This document shows, one piece after another, positions 17,660 to 32,600 of a stretch of DNA of 64,000 bases; position 1 is the first letter of the stretch, and each line of letters begins with the position of its first letter. The notes below the pieces were generated by a model. The model was not told the DNA's origin. It did not search any database and worked only from the letters and a program-made list of their open reading frames with translations. Source of the DNA: the human T2T-CHM13v2.0 reference genome, Homo sapiens. A program made the translations under genes and the position numbers. Location of the stretch: NCBI RefSeq assembly GCF_009914755.1, contig NC_060930.1; one strand, 5' to 3'.

Positions 17660-20600
17660 TTTTTTCCTATGAAACTTGACAGAAGGATTCTCAGAAACTT
17701 CTTTGTGATGTGTGCATTCAACTTACAGAGTTGAACCTCACTTTCGATAGAGCAGTTTTGAAATACTCTTTTTGTAGGATTTCCAAGTGGATATTTAGAG
17801 CTTTTCGAGGCCAATGGTGGAATAGGAAATAACTTCATATAAAAACTAGACAGAATCATTCTCAGAAACTACTTTGTGGTGTGGGCATTCAGCTTACAGA
17901 GTTTAACCTTTCTTTTGTTGGAGGAGTTTTGAAACATTCTTTTTGTGGAATTTGAAAGTGTATATTAAGGGTGCTTTGAGGCCTGTGGTAGAAAAGGAAA
18001 TATCTTCACATAAAAACTAGACAGCAGCATTGTCAGAAACTACTTTGTGATTTTTGCATTCAACTCACAGAGTTGAACATTCCTCTTGATAGAGCAGTTT
18101 TGAAACACTCTTTTTGTAGAATCTGCAAGTAGATATTTGGACCTCTAAGTGGCCTTCGTTTGAAACGTGATTTCTTCATATAAAACTAGACAGAATAATT
18201 CTCAGAAATTTCTTTGTGATGTGTGCTTTCAACTCAGAGAGATGAACCTTCCTGTCGATAGAGCAGTTTTAAAACTCTCTTTTTGTAGAATTTCCAAGTG
18301 GATATTTAGCTCCCTTTGAGGTCTATGTTAGAAAAGCCAATGTCTTAATAGAAAAACTAGACAGAATCATTTTCAGAAACTACTTTGTGTTGTGTGTGTT
18401 CAACTCACAGAGTTTAACCTTTCTCTTGATAGAGCACTTTTGAAACACTCTTTTTGTAGAATCTGCAAGTGAATATTTGGACTTTTTTTAGGCCTTCTTT
18501 GGAAATGATATTTCTTCGTATAAAACTTGACAGAAGAATTCCTAGAAACTTCTTTGTGATGTGTGCATTCAGCTCACGGAGTTGAAACTTCCTTTCCATC
18601 GAGCAGTTCTGAAATATTCTTTTTGTAGAATTTTCAAGTGGATATTTAGAGCGCTTAGAATCCAAAGGAGGTAAAGGAAATATATTCATAGAAAAACTAG
18701 ACATAATCATTCTCAGAAACTATTTTCTGTTGTGTGCATTCAACTTACAAAGTTTAACATTTCTTTTGATAGAGCAGCTTTGAAACGTTCTTTTTGTGGA
18801 ATTTGAAAATGTATATTTAGGGTGCTTTGAAGCCTATGGTAGAAAAGGAAATAGCTTAACATAAAAACTAGAGAGAAGCATTGTCAGAAACAACTGTGAT
18901 TTTTGCATTCAACTCACAGAGTTGAAGATTCCTCTTGATAGACCAGTCTTGAAAAACTCTTTTTGTAGAATCTGCAAGTGGATATTTGGAACTATTTGTG
19001 GCCTTCGTTTCATACGTGATTTCTTCATATAAAACTAGACGGAATAATTCTCAGAAACTTCTTTGTGATGTGTGATTTCAACTCACATAGTTGAGCCTTC
19101 CTTTCGTCAGAGCAGTTTTCAAACTCTCTTTTTGTACTACTTCCAAATGGATATTTAGCGCTGTTTAAGGCCTATGGTAGAAAATTCAATATCTTCATAG
19201 AAAATCTAGACAGAATGATTCTCAGAAACTAATTTGTGTTCTGTGCGTTCAACTCACAGAGTTTTACCTTTCTTTTGATAGGGTAGTTTTGAAACACTCT
19301 TTTTGTAAAATTGGCAAGTTAATGTTTGTACTTGTTTGAGGCCTTTGTTGGAAACGGCTTTTCTTCATATAAAATTTGACAGAAGAATTCTCAGAAATTT
19401 ATTTGTGATGTGTCCATTCAACTCACAGAGTTGAAACTTCCTTTCAGTAGAGCAGTTTTTAAATACTTTTTTTAGAATTTTCAGGCGGATATTTAGAGCG
19501 TTTCGAGGCCAATGTTGGAACAGGAAATATTTTCATAGAAAAACTATACAGAATCATTCTCAGAAACTACTTTGTGATGTGTGCATTCAACTTTCAGAGT
19601 TTAACCTTTCCTTTGATAGAGCAGTTTGGAAACACTGTTTTTGTGGAATTTGAAAGTGTATATTTAGAGTGCTTTCAGGCCTACTGTACAAAAGGAAATA
19701 CCTGCATAAAAAACTAGACAGAAGCGTTGTCAAAAACTGCATTGTGATATTTGCATTCAACTCACAGAGTTGAACATTCCTCTTGATAGAGCAGTTTTGA
19801 AACACTCCTTTTGTATAATCTGCAAGTGGACATTTAGACCTTTTTGTGGCCTTCGTTTGAAACATGATTTCTTCAAATAAAACTAAAGAGAAGAATTCTC
19901 AGAAACTTCTTTGTGATGTGTGCTTTCAACTGACAGAGTTGAATCTTCCTTTCGATAGAGCAGTTTTGAAGCTCTCTTTTTGTAGTATTTCCAAATGGAT
20001 ATTTAGGTCCGTTTGAGGCCTATGGTAGAAAAGGCAATATCTTAATAGAAAAACTTGACAGAATCATTCTCAGAAACTTCTTTGTGTTGTGTGCGTTCGA
20101 CTCACAGAGTTTAAACTTTCTTTTGATAGAGCAGTTTAGAAACACACTTTTTGTAGAAGTTCCAAGTGGATATTAGAGCGTTTCGAGGCCAATGGTGGAA
20201 AAGGATATATCTTCATAGAAAAAATAGACAGAATAATTCTCAGAAACTGCTTTGTGATGTGTGCATTCAGCTTTCAGAGTTTAAGCTTTCTTATGATAGA
20301 GCAGTTTTGAAACAGTCTTTTTGTGGAATTTGCAAGTGTATATTGAGAGCTCTTTGAAAGGAAATATCATCACATAAAAACTAGACAGCAGCATTGTCAG
20401 AAACTAATTTGTGATATTTGCATTAAACTCACTGAGTTGAAAATTCCTCTTGATAGAGCAGTTTTAAAACACTCTTTTTGAAGAATCTTCAAGTAGATAT
20501 TTGTACTTATTTGTTGCCTTCCTTTGAAAAGTGTTTTCTTCATATAAAACTAGACAGAATACTTCTCAGAAACTTCTTTGTGATATGTGCTTTCAACTCA

Positions 20601-23600
20601 CAGAGTTTAACATTTCTTTTGATAGAGCAGTTTTGAAACACTCTTTTTGTGGAATTTGGAAGTGTATATTTAGAACGCTTTGAGGCCTATTGTAGAAAAG
20701 GAAATATCTTCACATAAATACTAGACAGGAGCACTGTCAGAAACTATTTTGTGATATTTGCATTCAACTCACCTAGATGAACATTCCTCTTGATAGAGCA
20801 GTTTTCAAACACTCATTTTGTAGAATCTGCAAATGGATATTTGGACGTCTTTTTGGCCTTCCTTTGAAAAGTGATTTGTTCATATAAAACTAGACAGAAG
20901 AATTCTCAGAAAATACTTTGTGATGTGTGCTATCAACTCACAGAGTTGAACATTCCTTTTGATAGAGAAATTTTGAGACTCTCTATTTGTAGAATTTCCA
21001 AGTGGATATTTGACGCCATTTGAGGCCTCTGGTAGAAAAGGAAATATCTTCATAGAAATACTATGCCGAATGATTCTTAGAAACTACTTTGTGATGTGTG
21101 CGTTCAACTCACAGAATTTAAACTTTCTTTTGAAAGAGCAGTTTTGAAAAACTCTTTTTGTGGAATCTGCAAGTGAATATTTGAATATTTGGACTTTTTT
21201 GAGGCCTTTTTTGGAAACGGGATTCCTTCATTTAAAACCTGACAGAAGAATTCTCAGAAACTTCGTTGTCATGTGAGCATTCAACTCACAGAGTTGAACC
21301 TTCCTTTCGATAGAGCATTTTTGAAATGCTCTTTTGTAGAATTTCCAAGAGGATATTTACAGTGGTTCGAGGCCTATTTTAGAAAAGGATATATCTACAC
21401 AGAAAAACTAGACAGAATCATTCTCTGAAACTACTTTGTGTTTTGTGCATTAAGCTTACAGAGTTTAAATTTTCTTTTGATAGAGCAGTATTGAAACACT
21501 CTTTGTGGAATTTGCACGTCTATATTTTGAGTGCTTTGAGGCCTATGGCAGAAAAGGAAATATCTTCACGTAAAAACTAGACAGAAGCACTGTCAGAAAC
21601 TAGATATTTGCATTCAACTCACAGAGTTGAACATTCCTCTTGATAGAGCAGTTTTGAAACACTCTTTTTGTAGAATCTGCAAGTGGATATTTGGACCTCT
21701 TTGTGGCCTTCGTTTGAAATGAAATTTCTTCATACAAAACTGGACAGAAGAATTCTCAGAAACTTCTTTGTGATGTGAGCTTTTAACTCACAGAGTTGAA
21801 CCTTCCTTTCGATAGTTCAGTTTTGAGACTCTCTTTTTGTAGGATTTCCAAAGTATATATTTAGCGCCATTTGAGGCCTAAGGTAGAAAAGGCAATATCT
21901 TCATAAAAAACTAGACAGAATTATTCTCAGAAACTTCTTTGAGATGTGAGCGTTTAACTCACAGAGTTTAACCTTTCTTTTGATAGAGCAGTTTTGAAAC
22001 ACACTTTTTGTTGAATCTGCTAGTGAATATTTGAAGTTTTTAGAGGTCTTCATTATAAACGGGAATTCTTCATATTAAAATTGACTGAAGAATTCTCAGA
22101 AACTTCTTTGTGATGTGTGCATTCAACTCACAGTGTTGAACCTTCCTTTCGATAGAGCAGTTTTGAAATAATCTTTCTGTAGAATTTTCATGTGGATATT
22201 TACAGCGGTTCACGGCCTATGGTAGAAAAGGATATATCTTCATAGAAAAACTACACAGAATCCTTATCAGAAGCTACTTTGCGATGTGAGCATTCAGCTT
22301 ACAGAGTTTAACCTTTCTTTTGATACAGCAGTTTGGAAACACTCTTTTTGTAGAATTTGCAAATGTATTTTTTCAGCGCTTTGTGGCCTACGGTAGAAAG
22401 GAATTATCTTCACATAAAAACTAGACAGATGCATTGTCAGAAACTGCTTTGGGATATTTGCATTCAACTCACAGAGTTGAACATTCCTCTTGATAGAGCA
22501 GTTTTGAAACACTATTTTTGTAGAATCTGCAAGTGGTTATTTGGACCTCTTTGTGGCCTTCGTTTGATACTTGATGTTTTCATATAAAACTAGACAAGAG
22601 ATTTCTCAGAAACATCTTTGTGATGTGTGCTTTCATCTCACAGTGTTGAATCTTCCTTTCTATAGGGCAGTTTTGAGACTCTTTTTGCAGAATTTCCAAG
22701 TGAATATTTAGCGCCGTTTGAGGCCTATGGTAGAAAAGGACATATCTTCATTGGAAAACTAGACAGAATCATTCTCAGAAACTACTTTGTGATGTGTGCA
22801 TTCAACTCACAGAGTTTAAACTTTCTTTTGATAGAGCAGTTTTGAAACACTCTTTTTGTAGTATGTGCAAGTGAATATTTGGACCTCTTTGTGGCCTTTG
22901 TTTGAACTGTGATTTCTTCATATAAAAATAGACAGAAGAATTCTCAAAAACTTGTTTGTGATGTGTGCTTCCAACTCAAAGAGTTGAACCTCCCTTTCGA
23001 TAGAGCAGTTTTCAGACTCCCTTTTTGTAGAATTTCCAAGTGGATATTTAGCGCCGATTGAGGCCTATGGTTGAAAAGACAATATCTTCATAGAAAAACA
23101 AGACAGAACGATTCTCAGAAACTACTTTGTGATGTGTGCGTGCAACTCACAGAGCTTCACTTTTATTTTGATAGAGCAGTTTTGAAACACCCCTTTTGTA
23201 GAATCTGCAAGTAGATATTGGGACTGTTTTGAGGCCTTCGTTGGAAACGGTATCTCTTCATATAAAACTTGACAGACGAATTCTCAGGAACTTCTTTGCA
23301 ATGTCTGCATTCAACTCAGAGTGTTGAAACTTCTTTTCAACAGAGCAGTTTTGAAATACTCTTTCTGTAAAATTTCCAAGTGGATAGTTAGAGCGGTTCG
23401 AGGCCTATGTTAGAAAAGGAAATATCTTCATAGAAAAACTAGACAGAATCATTCTCAGAAACTACTTTGTGATGTGTGCATTCAGATTATGGAGTTTAAC
23501 TTTCTTTTGATAGAGCAGGTTTGAAACACTCTTTTTGTCGAATTTTGAAGTGTATATTTAAAGCGCATTGTGGCCTGTGGTAGAAAAGCAAATGTCTTCA

Positions 23601-26600
23601 AATAAAAACTAGACAGATGCATTGTCAGAAACTATTTTGTGATATTTGCATTTAACACACAGAGTTGAACATTCCTCTTCATAGAGCATTTTTGAAACAC
23701 TCTTTTTGTAGAATCTGGAAGTGGATATTTGGACCTGTTTGTGGTCTTCGTTTGAAACGTGATTTCTTCATCTAAAACTAGACAGAAGAATTCTCACAAA
23801 CTTCTTGGTGATGTGTGCTTTCAACTCACAGTGTTGAAATTTTCTTTCGATAGAGCAGTTTGGAGACCCTCTTTTTGTAGAATTTCCAAGTGGATAATTA
23901 GCACCGTTTGAGGCCTAAGGTAGAAAATGCAATAACTTCATACAAAAACTAGCCAGAATGATTCTGACAAATTACTTTCTGATGTGGGCCTTCAACTCGT
24001 AAAGTTTAACCTTTCTTTTGATAGAGCAGTTTTGAAACACTCTTTTTGTGGAATTTGCAAGTGTATATTTAGAGCGCTTTGAGGCCTATGGTATAAAAGG
24101 AAATATCTTCACATAAAAAATTAGACAGAAGCATTGTCAGAAACTGTTTTGTGAACTTTGCATTCAACTTACACATTTGAACATTCCTCTTGATAGAGCA
24201 GTTTTGAAACCCTCTTTTTGCAGAATCTGCAAGTGGATATTTGGACCTCTTTGTGGCCTTCGTTTGAAACGTGATTTCTTCATATAAAACTAGACAGAAG
24301 AAATCTCACAAACTTCTTTGTGATGTGTGACATCAACTCACAGTGTTGAACCTTCCTTTCGATAGAGCAGTTTTGGAACACTCTTTTTGTAGAATCTGCA
24401 AGTTAATATTTGGACTTTTTTGAGGCTTTGGTTGCAAATGGGATTTCTTCATATAAAACTTGACAGAAGAATTCTCAGAAACTTCTTTGTGATGTGTGCA
24501 TTGAACTAACAGACTTGAACCTTCCCCTTGATAGAACAGTTTAAAATACTCTTTTTGTAGAATTTTCAAGGGGACAATTATTGCGGTTCGAGGCCTACGG
24601 TAGAAACGGAAATAACTTCATAGAAAAAAAAGACAGAATCATTCTGAGAAACTACTTTGTGATGTGTGCATTCAGCTTACAGAGTTTAACCTTTATGTTG
24701 ATAGAGCAGTTTTGAAACAACCTATTTGTGGAATTTGCGATAGTATATTTAGAGTGCTTTGAGGCCTGTGGTAGAAAAGGAAATATCTTCACAAAAAAAC
24801 TAGACAGAAACATTGTCAGAAATTACTTTGTGATATTTGCATTCAAGTCACAGTGTTGAACATTCCTCTTGATAGAGCAGTTTTGAAACACTCTTTTTAT
24901 AGAATCTGCTAGTGGATATTTGGACCTCTTTGTGTTCATCTTTTGATACATGATTTCCTCATATAAAACTAGACAGAAGAATTCTCAGAAGCTTCTTTGT
25001 GATGTGTGCTTTCAACTCACAGAGTTGAACTTTCCCTTTGATAGAGCAGTTTTGAAACTCTCTTTTTGTAGAGTTTCCAAATGGATATTTAGCGCCGTTT
25101 GAGACTTCTGGTAGAAAAGGCAATATCTTCAGAGAAAAACTAGACAGAATCATTCTCAGAAAATACTGTGTGATGTGTGCATTCAACTCACAGAGTTTAA
25201 CCTTTCTTTTGATAGAGCAGTTATGAGACATTCTTTTTAGAGTATCTGCAAGTGAGTATTTGGACTTTTTTGAGGCCATCGTTGGAAACGGGATTTCATC
25301 ATATAAAACTTGGCAGAAGAATTCTCAGAAACTTCTTTGTGATGTGTGCATTCAACTCACAGAGTTGAACCTACCTTTCGAAAGAGCAGTTTCGAAATTT
25401 TCTTTTTGTAGAATTTCCAATGGGATATTTAGAACGGTTTGAGGCCTCTGGTATAAAAGGCAATATCTTCCTAGAAAAATTAGACAGAATTATTCTCAGA
25501 AACTACATTGTGATGTGGGCATTCAGTTTACAGAGTTTAACATTTCTTTTGATAGAGCAGTTTTGAAACACACTTTTTGTGGAATTTGCTAGTGTATTTT
25601 TACAGCGCTTTGAGGCCTGCGGTAGAAAAGGAAATATCTTAACAAATACTGTACAGAAGCATTGACAGAAACTATTTTGTGATATTTGCATTCAACTCAC
25701 AGAGTTGAAAATTCCTCTTGATTGTGGTGTTTTGAAACACTCTTTTTGTAGAATCTGCAAGTAGATATTTGGATCGTCTTTGTGGCCTTCGTTTGAAACG
25801 TGATTTCTTCATATAAAACTAGGCAGACTAATTCTCAGACACTTCTTTGTAATGTGTGCTTTCAACTCACAGAGTTGAAACTTCCTTTCGATAGAGCAGT
25901 TTTATAACTCTCTTCTTGCAGATTTTCCAAGTGGATATTTAGCGCCGTTTGAAGGCTTTGGTGGAAAAGACAATATCTTCATAGAAAATTCGACACAATC
26001 ATTCTCAAAGACTACTTTGTGATGTGTGCCTTCAACTCACAGAGTTTAAACTTTCTTTTGATAGAGCAGTTTGAAACACTCTTTTTGTAGTATCTCCAAG
26101 TGAATATTTGGACTTTTTTCAGGCCTTCATTGGAAACGGGATTTCTTCATATAATTCTTGACAGAAGAATTCTCACAAACTTCTTTGTGATGTGTGCATT
26201 CAATCCACAGTGTTTAAGCTTCCTTTCGATAGAGCAGTTTAGAAATACACTTTTTGTAGAATTTCCAATTGGATATTTACAGCGGTTCGTTGCCTATGGT
26301 AGAAAAGGAAATATCTTCACACAAAAACTAGACAGAATCATTCTCAGAAACTACTTTTTGATGTTTGCATTCAGCTTATGGAGTTTAACCTTTCTTTCGA
26401 TAGAGCAGTTTTCAAACACTCTTTTTATGGAATTTGCAAGTGTATATCTAAAGCGCTTTGAGGCCTACGGTAGAGAAGGAAATATCTTCACATAAAAACC
26501 ACACGGAAGCATTGTCAGAAACAGCTTTGTGATATTTGCATTCAACTCACAGAGTTGAACATTCCTCTTGATAGAGTAGTTTTGAAACCCTCCTTTTGTA

Positions 26601-29600
26601 GAATCTGCAAGTGGATATTTGGACCTCTTTGTGGCTTTCGTTTAAAATTGAGTGCTTCATATAAAACTAGACAGAATCATTCTCTGAAATTACTTTGTGA
26701 TGTGTGCGTTCAGCTTACAGAGTTTAACCTTTCTTTTCATAGAGCAGTTTTAAAACAAACTTTTTGTGGAATTTGCAAGTGTATTTTTAGAGCGCCTAGA
26801 GGCCTACGGTAGAAAAGGAAATATCTTCACAAAAGAACTAGACAGAAGCATTGTCAGAAACTTCTTTGTGATGTGGGCATTCAGCTTATGGAATTTAACA
26901 TTTCTTTTAATAGAGCAGTTTTGAAACACTCTTTTTTGGTAATTTGCAAGTGTATATTTAGAGTGTATTGAGGCCTACTGTAGAAAAGGAAATATCTTCA
27001 CAAAAAAATGTACAGAATCATTGTCAGAAACTACTTTGTTATATTTGCATTCAACTCACTGAGTTGAACATTCCTCTTGATAGGGCTGTTTTGTAACACT
27101 CTTTTTGTAGAATCTGCAAGTGGATATTTGGATCATCTTTGTGGCCTTCGTTTGAAACGTGATTTCTTCATATAAAACTAGACAGAAGAATTCTCAGAAA
27201 CTTCTTTGTGATGTGCGCTTTCAACTTACAGAGTTGAACCTTCCTTTCGATAGAGCAGTTTTGAAACTCTGTTTTGGTAGAATTTCCAAGTGGATATTTA
27301 GCGCCGTTTGAGCCTTATGGTAGAAAAGGCAATATCTTCATAGAAAAAGTAGACAGAATGATTCTCAGAGACTACTTTGTGATGTGTGCAGTCAACTCAC
27401 AGAGTTTAACCTTTCTTTTGATAGAGCAGTTTTGAAACACTCTTTTTGTAGAATTTTCAAGTGGATATTTAGTGCGTTCAAGGTCTATGGTTGAAAAGGA
27501 AATACCTTCATAGAAAAGCTATCCAGAATCATTCTCAGAAACCACTTTGTGATGTGTACTTTCAGCTTACAGAGTTTAACATTTCTTTTGATAGAGCAGT
27601 TCTGAAACAACCTTTTTGTGGTATTTGCATGTGTATATTTAGAGCTCTTGAGGCCTACAGTAGAAACGGAAATATCTTCACAAAAAAACTAGATAGAAGC
27701 ATTGTCAGAAACTACTTTGTCAAATTTGCATTCAACTCACAGTGTTGATCATTCCTCTTGATAGAGCAGTTTTGAAACACTTTTTGTAAAATCTGCAAGT
27801 GGATATTTGGACCGCTTTGTGTCCATCGTTTGCTAAGTGATTTCTTCATATAAAATTAGACACAAGAATTTTCAGAAACTTCTTTGTCATTTGTGCTTTC
27901 AACTCACAGCGTTGAACCTTCCTTTCAATAGAGCAGTTTTGAAACTCTTTTTGTAGAATTTTCAAGTGGATATTTACTGCCGTTTGAGGCCTCTGGTAGA
28001 AAAGGACTTATCTTCATAGAAAAACTAGACAGAATCATTCTCACAAACTACTTTGTGATGTGTGCCTTCAAGTCACAGAGTTTAACCTTTCTTTTGATAC
28101 AGCAGTTTTGAAACACTCTTTTTTTAGAATCTGCAAGTGAATATTTGGCCTTTTTGGAGGCCTTCTTTGGAAATGGTATTTTTTCATATAAAACTTAATG
28201 GAAGAATTCTCAGGAACTTCTTTGTGATGTGTGCATTCAACTCACAGTGTTGAACCTTCCCTTCGATAGAGCAGTTTTGAAATACTCTTTTTGTATAATT
28301 TACAAGTGGATATTTAGAGCGGTTCGGGGCCTAAGTTAGAAAAGGAAATATCTTCATAGAAAAACTAGACAGAATCATTCCAAGAAACTAAGTTGTGATA
28401 TGTGCGTTCAGCTTACAGTGTTTAACCTTTCTTTCGATAGAGCAGATTGCAACACTCTTTTTTTGGAATTTGCAATTGTATATTTAGAGTGCTTTGCGGC
28501 GTACTTTAGAAAAGCAAATATCCTCACATAAAATATAGACAGAAACTACTTTGTGAATTTTGCATTCATCTCACAAAGTTGAACATTCCTCTTAATAGAG
28601 CAGTTTTGAAACACTCTTTTTGAAGAATCTGCAAGTGGATAATTGGACCTCTTTAAGGCCTCTTTTGATACGTGATTTCTTCATATAAAACTAGACAGAA
28701 CACATCTCAGAAACTTCTTTGTGGTGTATGCTTTCAACTCACAGCGATGAACCTTCCTTTCAATAGAGCAGTTTTGATACTCTCTTTTTGTAGAATTTCC
28801 AAGTGGATATTTAGCGCCGTTTGAGGACTATGGTAGAAAAGACAATATCTTCATGGAAAAACTAGACAGAATGATTCTCAGAAACCACTTTGTGTTGTGT
28901 GCGTTCAATGCGCAGAGTTTTACCTTACTTTTGATAGAGTAGTTTTGAAACATTCTTTTTGGAGAATCTGCAAGTGCCTATTTGGACTTTTTTGAGGCCT
29001 TCTTTGGAAACGGGATTTCTTCACATAAAACTTGACAGAAGAATTGCCAGAAACTTCTTTGTGATATGTGCATTCCACTCACAGAGTTGTATCTTCCTTT
29101 CAATAGGGCAGTTTTGAAATACTCTTTTTGTAGAATTTCAAGTGTATATTTAGAGCGGTTCGAGGCCTATGGTAGAAAATGAAATATCTTCCTAGAAAAA
29201 CTAGACAGAATCATTCTCAGAAAGTACTTTGTGATGTGTCCAATTAGCTTACAGAGTTTAACCTTTCATTTGATTGAGCAGATTTGAAACACTGTTTTTG
29301 TGGGACTTGCAAGTGTATATTTAGAGAGCTTAGCAGCCTATGGTAGAAAAGGACATATCTTCACATAAAATCTAGACAGAAGCATTGTCAGAAACTACTT
29401 TTTGATATTTGCATTCAACTCACGGAGTTGAACATTCCTCTTGATAGAGCAGTTTTGAAACCCTCTTTTTGTAGAATGTGCAAGTGGATGTTTGGACCTC
29501 TTTGTGGCATTCGTTTGAAACGTGATTTCTTCATAAAAAACTAGAGAGAAGAATTATCAGAAACTTCTTTGTGATGTGTGTTTTCTACTCATAGAGTTGA

Positions 29601-32600
29601 ACCTTCCTTTCGATAGAGCAGTTTTGAAACTCTCTTTGTGTAGAATTTCCAAGAGGATATTCAGCGCCATTTGAGGCCTATGTTAGAAAAAGAACTATTT
29701 TCATAGAAAAACTAGACAGAATGATTCTCAGAAACTACTTTCTCTTGTGTGTGTTTAACTCACAGAGTATAAAATTTCCTTTGATAGAGCAGTTTGGAAA
29801 CTATCTTTCTCTAGAATCTGCAAGTGAATATTTGGACTTTTTGAGGCCTTCTTTGGAAAAGGGATTTCTTCATATAAAAATTTGAGAGAAGAATTCTCAG
29901 AAACTTATTTGCGATGTGTGCATTCAACTCACATAGTTGGACATTCTTTTTGATAGAGCAGTTTTCAAATATTCTTTTTGTAGTATTTCCAAGTGGATAT
30001 TTAGAGCGGTTCGAGGCCTAAGGTAGAAAATTAAATAACTTCATAGAAAAACTAGACAGAATCATTCCAAGAAACTTCTTCGTAATATGTGCATTCAGCT
30101 TACAGAGTTTTTACCCCTTCTTTTGATGAGCAGTTTTGAAACAGTCTTTTTGTGGAATTTGCAATTGTATATTTAGAGTGGTTTGCGGCCTACGGTAGAA
30201 AAGGAAATATCTTCAGAAAAAAACTGTACAGAAGCATTGTCAGAAACTACTTTGTGATATTTGCATTCAACTCACAGAGTTGAAGGTTCCTCTTTATAGG
30301 GCTGTTTTGAAACACGCTTTTTGTAGAATCTGCAAGTGGATATTTGGATCCTCTTTGTGGCCTTCGTTTGAAACGTGATTTCTTCAGGTAAAACTAGACA
30401 GCAGAATTCTCAGAAATTTCTTTGTGATGTGTGCTTTCAACTCACAGAGTTGAACCTTCCTTTCGATAGAGCAGTTTTGAGACTCTCTTTTTGGAATTTC
30501 CATGTGGATGTTTAGCGCTGTTTGAGGCCTATGGTAGAAAAGGAAATATCTTCACATAAAAAATAGACAGAATTATTCTCAGAAACTAATTTGTGCTATG
30601 TGTATCCAACTCACAGAGTTTAACCTTTCTTTTGATAGAGCATTTTTGAAACACTCTTTTTGTGATATCTACAGGTGAATATTTGGACTTTTTTGAGGCC
30701 TTGTTTGGAAACGTCATTTCTTCATATAAAACTTGACAGAAGAATTCTCAGCAATTTCTTTGTGAATTGTACATTCAACTCACAGAGTTGAACGTTCCTT
30801 TTGATAGAGCAGTTTTGAAATACTCTTTCTGTAGAATTTCCAAGTGGATATTTAGAGCGGTTCGAGACCTATGGTAGAAAAGGAAATATTTTCATAGAAA
30901 AACTATACATAATCATTCTCAGAAACTATTTTGTGATGTGTGCATTCAGCTTACAGAGTTTAACCTTTCTTTTAATAGAGCAGATTTGAAACACTGTTTT
31001 TGTGGAATTTACAAGTGCATATTTAGAGCGCTCTGAGGCTTATGGTAGAAAAGGAAATAACTTCATAGAAAAACTAGACAGAAGAATTGTCAGAAACTGC
31101 TTTGTGATATTTGCCTTCAACTCACAGAGTTGAACGTTCCTCTTCATAGAGCAGTTTTGAAACACTCTTTTTGAAGAATCTGCAAGTGGATATTTGGACC
31201 TCTTTGTGCCCTTCGTTTGAAACATGATTTCTTCGTATAAAACTAGACAGAACGATTCTCAGAAACTTCTTTGTGATGTGTGCTTTCAACTCAGGGAGTT
31301 CAACCTTCCTTTCGATAGAGCAGTTTAGGACTCTCTTTTTGTAGAATTTCCAAGTGGATATTTAGTGCCGTTTGAGGCCAATGGTAGAAAAGGCAATAGC
31401 TTCATAGAAAAACTAGACAAAATGATTATCAGAAACTGCTTTTTGATGTGTGTATTCAACTCACAGAGTTTAACCTTTTTTTTGTTAGGGTAGCTTTGAA
31501 ACACTCCTTTTGTAGAATCTGCATGTGAATATTTGGACTTTTTTGAGGCCTTCGTTGGAAACGAGATTTCTTCATATAAAACTTGACAGAAGAATTCTCA
31601 GAAACCTCTTTGCGATGTGCGCATTCAACTCACAGAGTTGAAACTTCTTTTCGATAGAGCAGATTTGAGACTCTCTTTTTGAAGAATTTCCAAGTGGATA
31701 TTTAGGGCCGTTTGTTGCCTATGGTAGAAAAGGCAATATCTTCAAAGAAAAACTAGACAGAATGAGTCTCAGAAACTTCTTGGTGATGTGTGCATTTAAC
31801 TCACCGAATTTAACTTTTCTTTTGATAGAGCAGTTTTGAAACAGTGTTTTTGTAGAATCTGCAAGAGAATATTTGGACTTTTTTGAGGCCTCCTTTGGAC
31901 ATCGGATTTCTTCATATAAAACTTGACAGTAGAAATCTCAGAAACATATGTGATGTGTGCGTTCAACTCACAGAGTTGAAACTTCCTTTCGATAGAGCAG
32001 TTTTGGAATAATCTTTTTGTAGTATTTCCAAGTGGATATTCAGAGTGGGTCGAGGCCTATGGTAGAGAAGGAAATATCTTCGTGGAAAAACTTGACAGAA
32101 TTATTCTCAGAAACTAATTTTTGATGTGTGCATTCAGCTTACTGAGTTTAACCTTTCTTTTGATAGTGTAGTTTTGAAACACTCTTCTTGTGGCATTTGC
32201 AAGTGTATATATAGAGCGCTTTGAGGCCTACGGTTGAAAAGGAAATATCTTCACATACAAACTAGACAGAAGCATTGTCAGGAACTACTTTGAGATATTT
32301 GCATTCAACTCACAGCGTTGAACATTCCTCTTGATAGAGCAGTTTTGAAACACCCTTTTTGTAGAATCTGCAAGTAGATATTTGGACCTCTTTATGGCCT
32401 TCGTTTGAAACGGATTTCTTCATCTAAAACTACACAGAAGAATTCTCAGAAGCTTCTTTGTGATGTGTGCTTTCAACTCACAGAGTGGAAAATTCCTTTC
32501 GATAGAGCAGTTTTGATACTCCCTTTTTGTAGACTTTACAAGTGGTTATTTAATGCCGTTTGCGGGCCCATTGGAGAAAACGAAATATCTTCATAGAAAT

